DNA of 64,000 bases from Staphylococcus phage vB_Sau_P68. The DNA lies in the sequence record OL741057.1; one strand, written 5' to 3'. The translations under genes were made by a program, and so were the position numbers. The notes below the pieces were generated by a model, which searched no databases, was not told where the DNA came from, and worked only from the letters and a program-made list of their open reading frames with translations. Each line of letters begins with the position of its first letter. Within the stretch, counting starts at the first letter, position 1. This document shows positions 19,620 through 29,620 of this stretch, piece after piece.

Positions 19620-20528
19620 TTATAATCCTATCATATTATATCCAAAGTAGGCTCTTAAACCATCCAATAGTTCTTTTATATCAGAATCAATTTGAATTAT
19701 CTGAGCACTAGCTCCACCATACATAGCTGATTGAGTAGTTCCGATTGTTTCTGTAATACCGTCTACTTCTAATGTTTTATTAGCAATACCGGCACCAATG
19801 ATTAAGTTACCCCATACTTGGTATATTTCTTTCAATGCATATTTTATAACTAGCTGTTCTAACTCAGGAGGCATCTCCCAAGGTTTATTTCTTCCTGCTT
19901 TTTTACGTGGAAGCATACCTGATACATATTCTAGTCGTATCATTTGAGGTGCAAATGTTGCTCCTGATGGTGGATATACACCTGCTAATTGAGGGTATCC
20001 ATTGAATACAGCGTCATATGACATTGATTGTCCTGTTTGCATAAGTGCTGTAGGGAACAATTGAACATGACCGGCTAAATGCTCTACTTTCCACCAGTTA
20101 GCAGGGTATTTATATATAGGTCTACCATTAAATTGTAGCTGTAAGTTCTCTACCTGTAATATAGGTTTTCTGTAAGCATGTACAAACATATAGCTATTAA
20201 ACTCTGTCTCATGATAATCTCTCATCTCATGTTGAGTGTCAGGTAGTATAGAAATATCTAACGCTCTCTCAGCTTTACCTACTGCCCTTTCTAATATATG
20301 GTTATAAAACTCATCACCCATAGGCTGTCCTGTATCAGGGTTTTGTACTACAATACCGAACATATAAGCTTTAACTGCATCAGGTGACCATCCATAATCA
20401 GCTAATGTTAAGTTATCTATCTCACTTACGTCTATATGTTTAGGGTTGCCATCAGGATGATAAGGATATTCATAGTTTAATGATTTTTCATAAGGGTCTA
20501 AGTCCCCTCCAAACATTGAGTTAACCAT
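19620..20528 (-). CDS. conserved structural protein (head completion/connector region)
   Basis: 302-aa ORF downstream of the capsid gene. Confidence 0.7.
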   Translation of the reverse strand: MVNSMFGGDLDPYEKSLNYEYPYHPDGNPKHIDVSEIDNLTLADYGWSPDAVKAYMFGIVVQNPDTGQPMGDEFYNHILERAVGKAERALDISILPDTQHEMRDYHETEFNSYMFVHAYRKPILQVENLQLQFNGRPIYKYPANWWKVEHLAGHVQLFPTALMQTGQSMSYDAVFNGYPQLAGVYPPSGATFAPQMIRLEYVSGMLPRKKAGRNKPWEMPPELEQLVIKYALKEIYQVWGNLIIGAGIANKTLEVDGITETIGTTQSAMYGGASAQIIQIDSDIKELLDGLRAYFGYNMIGL

Positions 20529-20540
20529 TTAATTCACCCT

Positions 20541-20837
20541 TTACTTATTTTCATCTTTTTTGGCTGTTGTTTTACGTGCTGTAGATTTTCTAGTAGTGCT
20601 TGTAGATTTTCTAGTAGAGGCTTTCTTTTCCTCTTCTTTAGGTTCTTCTTCTTTACTAGTAGAAGCTGATTGTTTTCTAGTGGTTTTCTTTTCTTCTTCA
20701 AATTCAAAACCTGGAACATTTGCAAACTCTTTTTCTTGTTCCTTAGTTAATCCTTTAACCACTCCGTCTTTATCAATCTCGACTGTACCATAAACAGTAG
20801 CCATTTTTTTGTCTATTAATTTCTTATAGTATAACAT
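20541..20837 (-). CDS. small Lys-rich protein with histone-H1-like basic tail
   Basis: 98 aa; C-terminal K/T/S/R-rich low-complexity tail; RBS GAAGGGA. Confidence 0.6.
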   Translation of the reverse strand: MLYYKKLIDKKMATVYGTVEIDKDGVVKGLTKEQEKEFANVPGFEFEEEKKTTRKQSASTSKEEEPKEEEKKASTRKSTSTTRKSTARKTTAKKDENK

Positions 20838-20863
20838 AGTTATTAAGTCCCTTCAAGTTTATT

Positions 20864-20897
20864 TTAATAAAAAAGGGATAAACCCTAAGTTTATCCC
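20864..20897 (-). terminator. rho-independent terminator after major capsid gene
   Basis: Minus strand GGGAUAAAC-UUAG-GGUUUAUCCC followed by UUUUUUAUU. Confidence 0.75.
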
Positions 20898-20928
20898 TAT
20901 TCTCTTGTATTCAGTTTTTCTTATTCTA

Positions 20929-22320
20929 TTAAACTGCGATATAACGAACGTTTTTAATACGAGCCCATTTTTTAGGAGCACGTAATGCTAATGCACCATA
21001 CCATAATACTGCAAATGTAATAGAAGCATTAATTTGAGCTAATGGTAATTTCATCATTGGAAGTAATTCGAATAAGTGAACTACTTGTGGTGACATTTCA
21101 CCAACGAATACGTCTGCTGTTTCAGGTAATGTTTCGTTCTTATCTACGAATACGATTGAACCGTCTTCTTGTGCATCTTTAACTGGTACACGTTTGATTA
21201 AGAAATATTGTTCAGTTTTCTTACCTTGACGGTAAATAGAAACGAATTGTGGTTGTTGTTGGTACATAGCGTTAACATTAATTGTTAATTTAACACCATC
21301 GTCAACGTTAGATACTGTAGCTGTTACTTCTTCAGAAGGAGCTGATTGAGCGTCATCTGAATTAACTACTACTTTATATGATAATCCTGCACGGTCTTCT
21401 TCATCTTCAAAAGCACCTTTTTGCTTAGTTTCAACTGTAGCTGAAACTTTAGCCGGTTGTGGAGCATTTGGTAATGGTTGTAATGTTTCATCTAAGATTA
21501 ATTCATTTTCCATTACTGTAGAACCATGTAATTTAATGAATCCACGAGATGAGTAGAAACCATTTACACTGTAACCAGTGTTAACGTTACCGCTGTTGTC
21601 TTGCATTAATTGCATTTGACGACCTAAGATTGAGTTAACGAAGTCTGCATGTACACCGATAGGCATATAAGCATCTGTAGCTGTACCGAAGCCTTTACCG
21701 ATACGTACCGCCGCCTCATTTAAGTGGCGTTCTGTTAATTGTTCACCTTTAGCGTTAATTACGTTATTTTTGTCAATTAATTTAGCTAAACCATCAAACT
21801 CTAAACCTTCACCTTCAACTTCAGAAGTTAATGAAGCGTCACCGTAGAATGAAGCCCACTCAATTGTTTTTGCAACAACTGCGATAGCATCTTCTGTAAG
21901 GATTTGTGATGGGTCAGCAATGTTATTTACTAAACCTGATGCAATTGACATGTTTTTAGTATCAGAAACGTATTTCATTGATACGGTTTTTTGACGGATA
22001 TTTGGGTCAGATACTGGTGCTACTCCGATTTCTTTAACGAAACGAGAGTGACCTACGTTACCATGACGTAAATATTGGTCGTATTTTACTACTGTAGATT
22101 GAGCAGGACGGCGTGAAATATCACGGTAGAAGATTAAATCTTCATTAGTCCATGTTAACATTGTGATTTGGTCATCTAAAATTTCTCTACGTAAAGCTCC
22201 TGCGTCAATTTGTGTATCAGGAGTGATTCCATAACCAGTTTGGAATGACTTTACTACGTCTTCTTGGAATTGGTCAGCGTACTTTTGTTGAACGTCTGAC
22301 AGGTTCTTTTCGATAGTCAT
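20929..22320 (-). CDS. major capsid protein
   Basis: 463 aa. Lies after the protease and scaffold-like genes and is followed by a strong terminator, as expected for a highly expressed gene. The size matches what I recall for the Kayvirus major capsid protein. Confidence 0.85.
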   Translation of the reverse strand: MTIEKNLSDVQQKYADQFQEDVVKSFQTGYGITPDTQIDAGALRREILDDQITMLTWTNEDLIFYRDISRRPAQSTVVKYDQYLRHGNVGHSRFVKEIGVAPVSDPNIRQKTVSMKYVSDTKNMSIASGLVNNIADPSQILTEDAIAVVAKTIEWASFYGDASLTSEVEGEGLEFDGLAKLIDKNNVINAKGEQLTERHLNEAAVRIGKGFGTATDAYMPIGVHADFVNSILGRQMQLMQDNSGNVNTGYSVNGFYSSRGFIKLHGSTVMENELILDETLQPLPNAPQPAKVSATVETKQKGAFEDEEDRAGLSYKVVVNSDDAQSAPSEEVTATVSNVDDGVKLTINVNAMYQQQPQFVSIYRQGKKTEQYFLIKRVPVKDAQEDGSIVFVDKNETLPETADVFVGEMSPQVVHLFELLPMMKLPLAQINASITFAVLWYGALALRAPKKWARIKNVRYIAV

Positions 22321-22436
22321 ATAAATTTATCACCTTTCATTTGTGTTCTTTTTTATTTTATGTAGGGTACAGTAAAATGTACCCTATTTATATTCTTTAT
22401 TTACACCGTATAATATAACACAACTTTGTGCGTTAA

Positions 22437-23396
22437 TTAAATTTGTGCAAAGTCTTTTACAGTTTTAATATCTTTCTCTGATGCATTAGTAGGGTCAGTG
22501 TTGATGTTCAAGTAAGATTGATAAGCTGATTGTAAATCATGCTTAGATGCTCTAGGGTCTTTAGCTTGTGCTTTATAAGAATCCATGAACTTAGTTCTTT
22601 CTTCTTGACTTAAACCTTTGAATGTGCTATCTTCTTGTACTGCTTCAGCTTCTTCTGTTTTTGCTTCTCCAGTTTCAGCTTGTTCTTCAGCATCTACTGA
22701 CTTAGCAACATAACCTTCTACTTTTTCTTGCTCTCCATTTGTAGATGTAACTGATTTTTCTACAGCTCCATCTTCATCTTTAGCTTCATCAGTGTCTAAT
22801 GATTTAGAAACATCTTCAGAACTAATATTAGAGATTTTTTCTGATAACTCATCAATTGATTTGCTTACTTCATTTAAATCTTCTTTAGTAGCAAAGTTTT
22901 CTTTTTCCTTGTTTAAGTTTTCAAAAGATGTTAAGATAGATTTAAATACTGTTGTGATATCTTCATCAGAAATTGATTTAGAAGTTTTTTCCTTCTTATC
23001 TTCTTTCTTATCTTTAGTATCTTCCTCATCTTTATCTTCATCAGAATCTTTATCATCTTTTTTATTCTTACGTTTCTTGTTGTCTTTATCTTCTGTTTTA
23101 GTATCTTTATGGTCTACAGGGTCATTAGATTCTTTAGCTGATTTCTCAACCTCTTCATCTTCTTTACCTTCAGACTCTTTTGCAGGTTCAACTTTTTCAC
23201 CTTGCTCTTGTGCTTCTTTAGCATCTTCTTCAGTAACCTTTTCAGGTTCTTTAGCAGGCTCTTCAGTTGTTTCTGCTACTTGTTCTTCGGTAGCTTCTAC
23301 TGTATTCTTTTCATCTTCATCTACAGATTTCGAAACTGCCTCTTGAGCATTTAACTTGTCATACTCTTCTAAAATATTTTGCATTTCTTTACTCAT
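22437..23396 (-). CDS. highly acidic head protein (scaffold-like)
   Basis: 319 aa, rich in E/D/K low-complexity; positioned between the prohead protease and major capsid genes. Confidence 0.6.
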   Translation of the reverse strand: MSKEMQNILEEYDKLNAQEAVSKSVDEDEKNTVEATEEQVAETTEEPAKEPEKVTEEDAKEAQEQGEKVEPAKESEGKEDEEVEKSAKESNDPVDHKDTKTEDKDNKKRKNKKDDKDSDEDKDEEDTKDKKEDKKEKTSKSISDEDITTVFKSILTSFENLNKEKENFATKEDLNEVSKSIDELSEKISNISSEDVSKSLDTDEAKDEDGAVEKSVTSTNGEQEKVEGYVAKSVDAEEQAETGEAKTEEAEAVQEDSTFKGLSQEERTKFMDSYKAQAKDPRASKHDLQSAYQSYLNINTDPTNASEKDIKTVKDFAQI

Positions 23397-23414
23397 AGAA
23401 TGTATTCTCCTTAC

Positions 23415-24197
23415 CTATTCTAGTTTTTGTTTGTTTATATCCATTACTGCTAGTTCTGCATCTTTACGAGATAAACCTTTAGCTAGTTGTAATGTAAGGA
23501 CTGATTCCTCATATCCCATACTATTAGATTTACTCAAATCCTCAACAACGCCATTCCATACATCATTAAATTCTTTTAAATCTTTAATCTTAGTAACATA
23601 TGCTAAGTTTGTAATGCTAGATGCTATCTCTTCTTTTCTTAAAGCCCCTGCATCTTCTTGGGTGTCAGGTGAAGTACCATGACCTGTTAAGAAAGATTTA
23701 ATTACTGTATCTATTGTTGCTGTAGTATTCATAGGGTTAGGAGTCAAAGCTAATCCTGTAATAAGGATAGATTCTATAACTCTATTATCATTTCTATTTC
23801 TAGCTCTCACAGAACCTTCTATAGACATTCCTACTTTTCTACCACTGTTAGATTTCTCTAAATTATCTGCAAGCTCCATATATTTCTGAACATTTTCATT
23901 ATCTCTAAAAAGCTCAGCCTCTACATAAAGACCTTCAGGAGTAACACTACAATTCTTAGTCGGGTATCCAATAATTTTATTCTTATCATGGTTATCATTT
24001 ATGTAACCATGGTCAACAAAATAACTAATATCTATACCCTTAGGGTCTACTATGTCATTACCTAAGTCTAAAGAACCAGTGGATGCCATCCCTTTAATTA
24101 TAATATTGCTTTTATTTTCTGCAGTAGTGGATTTCTCTACATCTACATTCATAAAAGCTTTAAATTGCATTTCTTCCAAAGGTGGTTGCACCTCCAT
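23415..24197 (-). CDS. prohead protease (by position)
   Basis: 260-aa ORF immediately downstream of the portal gene and upstream of the scaffold and capsid genes. Confidence 0.6.
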   Translation of the reverse strand: MEVQPPLEEMQFKAFMNVDVEKSTTAENKSNIIIKGMASTGSLDLGNDIVDPKGIDISYFVDHGYINDNHDKNKIIGYPTKNCSVTPEGLYVEAELFRDNENVQKYMELADNLEKSNSGRKVGMSIEGSVRARNRNDNRVIESILITGLALTPNPMNTTATIDTVIKSFLTGHGTSPDTQEDAGALRKEEIASSITNLAYVTKIKDLKEFNDVWNGVVEDLSKSNSMGYEESVLTLQLAKGLSRKDAELAVMDINKQKLE

Positions 24198-24330
24198 TTG
24201 TTATTTTATTTACTTTTACGTTAATAATATAACAATAATAACTTGTAAGTGAAATATTAATATTTTTTATGTATTAATATCAATTACATATAGTATACCA
24301 TAGTTATTACCTTTATCAAAATTAAATTAA

Positions 24331-24367
24331 CAAAAAAATAAATAAAGCCTAGATTTATTCTAGGCTT
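24331..24367 (-). terminator. terminator downstream of portal gene
   Basis: AAGCCUAGAAUAAAUCUAGGCUU hairpin followed by a U-run on the minus strand. Confidence 0.65.
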
Positions 24368-24372
24368 ATTAA

Positions 24373-26064
24373 TTAATGTTTGAAGTCAGAAGATTTTTCT
24401 CCTTTTCTTCCTTGCCCTTTATTAGATGTTTGCGTACGATATACATTATCGTCACCTTTTATCTGAGCATCTGTTCCTATTTCTTTATCATCACTACTAG
24501 AATCTGCTGATTGACTCTCTTCTGAATCATCATTATCTCCTTCTAGTAAACTCATCATCATTTGTAAACGTTCTTTTTGTTTACCATCATCATATTGTTT
24601 TTCTTGTTGTAATTGAGCTGTTCCTTGTAAGAATGAAGCATCTAAAATAATGTCTCCGCCTTCGATAGGTTTCTTACCTTGCTCTTCTCTAGCCTCGTTT
24701 ACTGTTTTGAATATTTGAGTTTCAAGTTTAAGGATATTAAGCTTATCTGTAGCACTCTTAGTATCTCCACCAACAAATTGGAAAGTATATTTATCTCCAT
24801 ATTCAGATATTATATGTCTATTAACTAAATCTTCGATAAATCTAAGTAAAGGTTGTAACCCTTTATTTTGAGATTGTTGTTGTTTTTTACCTGGGTCAGC
24901 CTCATTTAAAGTAGAGCCACCTTTAGAACCTGTAGCTCCCCCTCTATTAGGGAAACCAATTTCCGCAGGGTCAATACCATACAAAGCAGATATAATATTA
25001 ATAAGGTAGTTTAACCATTTCTCAAATTGCATATCATTAGCAGTAGGTGTCATATTAACAAATTTAATATCATCTGCCATTACCACCGGAATTTGCCATG
25101 AACCATTGATACCTGATAAACTTGATTTCCATTCACGCTTAAAATTCTCTAATGCATGTTGTGATTGCTGTTGGTCTGAACGTATTTGTAAAATACCTCT
25201 AGTAGTACCACCGTGTGAGAAAAATCTATCATTAAATGATTCAGTATTATTATAGGCAATAAATTCTTTCATAGCTATCTCTACTTCTGATAATCCGTAT
25301 CCGGAAGAAGATAATTCAGTTCTAGGGTTTCTTATACCCATAGCTAATTCTCTAGACGTAAAACTAGCTACTACTCTTTTATCTACTACTTGAACAAACC
25401 TCTTACCACCCTTAATAATTTTACCTTTTTTATCTGTTGCATAAAAAATAGTAGAAGGGTCTACTGCTATGAATTTTTCTAATCTAGTTTTATTGTTCTT
25501 ATTAAATACTTTTTCAAAGTTAACCTGGTCATATATATAAGTATCTCTAACAATTTTCTTACAGAAAGTTTGAAACGAATCTCTATCTACATCCTTATCT
25601 TTACCGGTATTAACAATAAAGTCTTCTATACGTTTCATTTCTTCTTTTTCTTTTCTACCCGGTTCTGCATCTAGGTCTCTTAATCTTACCTCAAAACCCA
25701 AACCTTTCTCTGAATATCTTGCAGGCTGACAGTACATAGCTACTTGATTTGAACGTGTAAGTATGATAGCATTAAGAATAGGGTTGTTACCAAACTTTTT
25801 CAAAACATCATGTAAATTATGTTCATTCTTCATGTAACTTCTCTTATCTCTAAACTCAGGATTAGTATCCATCATTTCTATAAATGGCTCTGCATAAGCC
25901 TGTTGTTGTCCGTATAAAGACTTAGTTAAGTCTTGATATTCTTTATTGTCTTGCTCTATTTTTTTAATGTTAGCTTGTAATCCTTCATCAATAGGAACCT
26001 GAGCAATGGTACTGTTATTACCGTAACCCTTACCTAATCTGAATTGCTTAAATAAATCTGCCAA
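24373..26064 (-). CDS. portal protein
   Basis: 563 aa, located between the terminase-side genes and the prohead protease, with an acidic C-terminus. The size matches what I recall for the Kayvirus portal. Confidence 0.8.
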   Translation of the reverse strand: MADLFKQFRLGKGYGNNSTIAQVPIDEGLQANIKKIEQDNKEYQDLTKSLYGQQQAYAEPFIEMMDTNPEFRDKRSYMKNEHNLHDVLKKFGNNPILNAIILTRSNQVAMYCQPARYSEKGLGFEVRLRDLDAEPGRKEKEEMKRIEDFIVNTGKDKDVDRDSFQTFCKKIVRDTYIYDQVNFEKVFNKNNKTRLEKFIAVDPSTIFYATDKKGKIIKGGKRFVQVVDKRVVASFTSRELAMGIRNPRTELSSSGYGLSEVEIAMKEFIAYNNTESFNDRFFSHGGTTRGILQIRSDQQQSQHALENFKREWKSSLSGINGSWQIPVVMADDIKFVNMTPTANDMQFEKWLNYLINIISALYGIDPAEIGFPNRGGATGSKGGSTLNEADPGKKQQQSQNKGLQPLLRFIEDLVNRHIISEYGDKYTFQFVGGDTKSATDKLNILKLETQIFKTVNEAREEQGKKPIEGGDIILDASFLQGTAQLQQEKQYDDGKQKERLQMMMSLLEGDNDDSEESQSADSSSDDKEIGTDAQIKGDDNVYRTQTSNKGQGRKGEKSSDFKH

Positions 26065-26067
26065 TTA

Positions 26068-26448
26068 CTAGTCACCTCTACTCCCTCTTACTGTAGTTAA
26101 TACCACAGTGTTATTATAAGTTACATCTCTAATATGCTGAGGGATATTTATTTTAACCTCAAACGGTTCTTCGATGTAATAAAACATCTTTTTACTTTCC
26201 ATAACAATATCATAATCTTCTAATAGTATATTATTATCTTTATCTACTAATATTACTTTATTGTCTTTTGTTGCTTCTAGAATCATATATTTTACTTTGT
26301 TTAAAGCAATAAAAACAGCTACGTGTTTTCCACCTATCTGTCTATAATAATCTACAATCTCTATCCAATTATCTTGCATACCTTGACCTTTGATGAAATC
26401 TTTTGCTTCATCCCATTTTTTATCTTTAGAGAATATCAACCTATTCAC
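26068..26448 (-). CDS. hypothetical protein
   Basis: 126-aa ORF. Confidence 0.65.
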   Translation of the reverse strand: MNRLIFSKDKKWDEAKDFIKGQGMQDNWIEIVDYYRQIGGKHVAVFIALNKVKYMILEATKDNKVILVDKDNNILLEDYDIVMESKKMFYYIEEPFEVKINIPQHIRDVTYNNTVVLTTVRGSRGD

Positions 26449-26825
26449 CGTCTTTTTTTATTTTTAAAGTTACTCTTTTTAATAATTTTCATCATCTTGT
26501 ACCATATTCCTCCAAGTATCGAACCTATAAAACTTATAGTAAATATAATTATAGGGTCATTAAATCCAATATAATGTTCAGTATTTTCTATGGAATCTAT
26601 TACATCATTTTTAATAAGTACAGATGTTGTCTGAAACATAGTTAAAACTATGTATGTGCCTATACCTATTATAGCATAAATTACATACAAAACAAAAACG
26701 TTTTTACTGGAGAACTTACTGTGAACAAAAATCATTAAAGTTAAAAGACTTAAACAGGTAAATACTACTGATAGTGACGTTATAACATTCATTCCTACCA
26801 AAGTTTTCACCACCGTAATGTTCAA
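26445..26825 (-). CDS. membrane protein (3-4 transmembrane helices)
   Basis: 126 aa with several hydrophobic helices. Confidence 0.65.
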   Translation of the reverse strand: MNITVVKTLVGMNVITSLSVVFTCLSLLTLMIFVHSKFSSKNVFVLYVIYAIIGIGTYIVLTMFQTTSVLIKNDVIDSIENTEHYIGFNDPIIIFTISFIGSILGGIWYKMMKIIKKSNFKNKKRR

Positions 26826-26873
26826 TTTTTTTATATTTATCTCTTATTTAATATAGCAAAAAAAGAGGAGTAA

Positions 26874-28121
26874 TTACTCCTCTTCAATTTTATCTTCGTT
26901 ATCTGTAGTATTATCGTCCGGTTGTTCTTCCGGTTGTTCTGTAGTCTGCTCATCCTCTGATGTACCTTCATTTGTATCCTCTTCGTCCGCTTTATCGTCC
27001 GGCTCAGATGGTGTTTCAGGTTCAGATGGTTCAGTTTCCTCTGCCTCATTTTCATCAGGGTTATCTGTTGGTTCTGATGGTTCAGGAGTTACTTCCTCTT
27101 CATTTCCCTCATCAGGTTTTTCGTTAGGTTTCTCAGTCTCAGGCTCAGAAGGAGTAGGTTCAGGTTCAGGTTCAGGAGTTACTTCTTCTTCATTGTCTCC
27201 TGTATCTCCATTATCTGAAGGTTCTTCCGTTGGGGGAGGTTCAACACTACCTCCACCACCTGAACCTCTACCACCGTCTTCATCTGTATATCCTGGAGGT
27301 GGTGGATTTGGATTATCTATATTTCCTGTGTTATTGTCTTCGGTATTTCCAGGTAATATAGGAACTGAAGGATTATCAGTAGGAGGTAATATATCTGAAG
27401 GTGTGTCAGGCTCAACGGGGTTTGTTATACTAGGATTATCCGTTGGTACACTCTCAACTACCGGATTATCAGTAGGAGGTAATATATCTGAAGGTGTAGT
27501 CGGGTTAACTGGGTTTGTTATAACAGGGTTATCCGTTGGTACACTATCTGCTGTGTTTGGATAGACATTACTATCAATAATACCTAAACTATCTGTACTA
27601 GGTGAATCTGGTACTAAGTAAGGAGAACCTAATACACTAGTAATAATAGAACCTACTGTTTGTTTTTCATAACCACTGTTTGTAGGAACAGTTATCGTAC
27701 CAACCCCATCTTCACTAATAAGTATTTCAGGCTTGCCTACTTTATCACTAAACTCAATATTATTTTTTACTAATATTAAATCATCGTCACCGTTTACATC
27801 ATATATTTTATCTCTAGTTTTTTTATCTTCCTTTTGTCTTTCTTTTTTTGACTTCTCATTATAACCCTTATAATTTGTTTCTTTTTTAACTTTCCTCAGC
27901 TCTTCTTCAGCTTCATTTAATCTTTTTACATATTTCTTTTTAGTCTCTCCATCACTATCATCTGCTTTTTGATAAATCTCAACTATTCTCTGATATCTAT
28001 CTTTATCTTCCTTAGCATCTTGATATTTATTAAAAAATATGGTAGTGATGACTACAAATATTGCGACCATAACCGTAATTATGGTTATGATTATCTCATT
28101 ACCTTGTGGTTTCTTTTTCAA
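26874..28121 (-). CDS. membrane-anchored protein with Pro/Thr-rich 31-aa tandem repeats and an extremely acidic C-terminus
   Basis: 415 aa. N-terminal transmembrane helix, a Lys/Glu-rich segment, a repeated ...SDILPPTDNP... region, and a D/E/T/P-rich tail. Confidence 0.75.
   Translation of the reverse strand: MKKKPQGNEIIITIITVMVAIFVVITTIFFNKYQDAKEDKDRYQRIVEIYQKADDSDGETKKKYVKRLNEAEEELRKVKKETNYKGYNEKSKKERQKEDKKTRDKIYDVNGDDDLILVKNNIEFSDKVGKPEILISEDGVGTITVPTNSGYEKQTVGSIITSVLGSPYLVPDSPSTDSLGIIDSNVYPNTADSVPTDNPVITNPVNPTTPSDILPPTDNPVVESVPTDNPSITNPVEPDTPSDILPPTDNPSVPILPGNTEDNNTGNIDNPNPPPPGYTDEDGGRGSGGGGSVEPPPTEEPSDNGDTGDNEEEVTPEPEPEPTPSEPETEKPNEKPDEGNEEEVTPEPSEPTDNPDENEAEETEPSEPETPSEPDDKADEEDTNEGTSEDEQTTEQPEEQPDDNTTDNEDKIEEE
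27370..27555. repeat. 93-bp tandem direct repeat x2 inside the 415-aa ORF
   Basis: Two units starting with GGATTATCAGTAGGAGGTAATATATCTGAAGGTGT at 27370 and 27463, about 90% identical. Confidence 0.8.
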
Positions 28122-28162
28122 TTATGATACCTCTTTTTATATAGTCTCACAATTCTTCCTTT

Positions 28163-28642
28163 TTATAAGTTATTAAGCTTTTCTTCTTCTTCTTTTCTAA
28201 TTTGTTCTTTTTCTTCAAAGTCTTTTCTAAGCATAAAAGAAATACTTCCTTGGAACTCATTACCTGAAAGAATGTTACTTAGTGCTGTATCTATAATAGC
28301 TACATCACCTAGCTCAATTGCTTTACCTAATTCTACATCTTTTCTGAATTGCTTGTTAGCTTCAAAAATATCAATGCGTTTTGAAAAAGCAAGTTTATAC
28401 ATCTTATCATGTAAATCTCCTGTTAATGGGTCATTTAATCTACTTTGAAAGACCATTAGAGAACCATCTAGTCGTTGCGTTTCATCCATAGGGTCTTGTC
28501 TAAATACGTTATAAGACTTGTATAATCTATTTACCATTTCACATAATAAGCTACTAAATTCTTTAATACTATCTTCTTTCTCTTCTTTACTAAGTGGAGT
28601 TATTGATTCTTCTAACGTTAAATTATTTTCTTCTAAAGTCAT
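28163..28642 (-). CDS. hypothetical protein
   Basis: 159-aa ORF. Confidence 0.7.
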   Translation of the reverse strand: MTLEENNLTLEESITPLSKEEKEDSIKEFSSLLCEMVNRLYKSYNVFRQDPMDETQRLDGSLMVFQSRLNDPLTGDLHDKMYKLAFSKRIDIFEANKQFRKDVELGKAIELGDVAIIDTALSNILSGNEFQGSISFMLRKDFEEKEQIRKEEEEKLNNL

Positions 28643-28821
28643 TTATTTCTTCCTTCCTTTTTTATCTTACCTTTAATATCTTCCTGTAATATCTGTAGTA
28701 ATTCAGTTGTATTATCTACTCTGTTCATATTTGTGTTAATACAAACTAATTTTATTATAATATATAGTATGAAAACAATAGAATAGATGATTATAGTGCT
28801 AAATAAAATCACTATAATCAC
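28639..28821 (-). CDS. small membrane protein
   Basis: 60 aa with one long hydrophobic helix. Confidence 0.45.
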   Translation of the reverse strand: MIIVILFSTIIIYSIVFILYIIIKLVCINTNMNRVDNTTELLQILQEDIKGKIKKEGRNK

Positions 28822-29620
28822 CTAAGAATTGTTTTACATCTTTTTTTCTTAAGATGTATCCATCTTTATTAGGTTTAAATCCTAAAGTTTTTAAATACTC
28901 TATAGCTTCAGGTAACTCTATATTATATACAACTGCATTTTTATTTTCTTTAATACTTAAACGGAGTAATTCCATAATAGCCCTAGCTCCTACACCATCT
29001 GAATCAGGTGAACTTGCATAAGAATCTAATATTATATCATTTTCAGTTCTTTTAAAAGATGTAATTCCTAATGTATCTCCATCATCATCAACAAACTCTT
29101 TGTACAATGATGAGTTTGTGCTAACATGTGATACATCGACACCTTTTTTACTTAAACTAGATAATGAATTTGCTACCTTTTTAGGGTTTACCTTTCCTTC
29201 TTCACCATTCGAAATAGCTCTTGCTCCTACTGCACTTCTACTAACTTCTTCTTTTCCTTCTTGTTTTTCATTACTATCATTATCTTTATTACCATCTTCG
29301 TAAACTGTCATTTGCATTTCTTTACCATTACGAATAACAGTACGTTTAACCTTATTTAGTCCACTAAGATTTTTATCTCCACCTTTGTGGACTATTTCCG
29401 GTTCTCTATTAGCATATAAAAAACAATCAAAGAAATTATCGAATCCTAGAGATTTATAAACATGTTCGTATTTAACATCTAAGGAATCACTATTTTTAGA
29501 AACATAGTCTAAAGATAATTCCTCACCCAATAACAAATTCAATACACTTTTATTAATTTCTTCATTACTAATTGTATCATAAAATAATTTATTTGTCAAG
29601 TCTATTTCACCTCTATTCAT
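28799..29620 (-). CDS. hypothetical protein downstream of terminase (start taken at ATG 29620; the track's TTG start is at 29668)
   Basis: The ORF overlaps the TerL 3' end. ATG at 29620 gives an 8-nt overlap and a 273-aa product. Confidence 0.6.
   Translation of the reverse strand: MNRGEIDLTNKLFYDTISNEEINKSVLNLLLGEELSLDYVSKNSDSLDVKYEHVYKSLGFDNFFDCFLYANREPEIVHKGGDKNLSGLNKVKRTVIRNGKEMQMTVYEDGNKDNDSNEKQEGKEEVSRSAVGARAISNGEEGKVNPKKVANSLSSLSKKGVDVSHVSTNSSLYKEFVDDDGDTLGITSFKRTENDIILDSYASSPDSDGVGARAIMELLRLSIKENKNAVVYNIELPEAIEYLKTLGFKPNKDGYILRKKDVKQFLGDYSDFI

Noticed and set aside
20534-20793. Overlapping small ORFs (63 aa minus, 77 aa plus) within the 98-aa Lys-rich gene
   Set aside because: Alternative frames of the low-complexity K/E-rich region; no independent signals.
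22792-23346. Plus-strand 184-aa Ser/Leu-rich ORF
   Set aside because: Antisense of the acidic scaffold-like gene (GAA/GAT-rich codons read backwards); no RBS.
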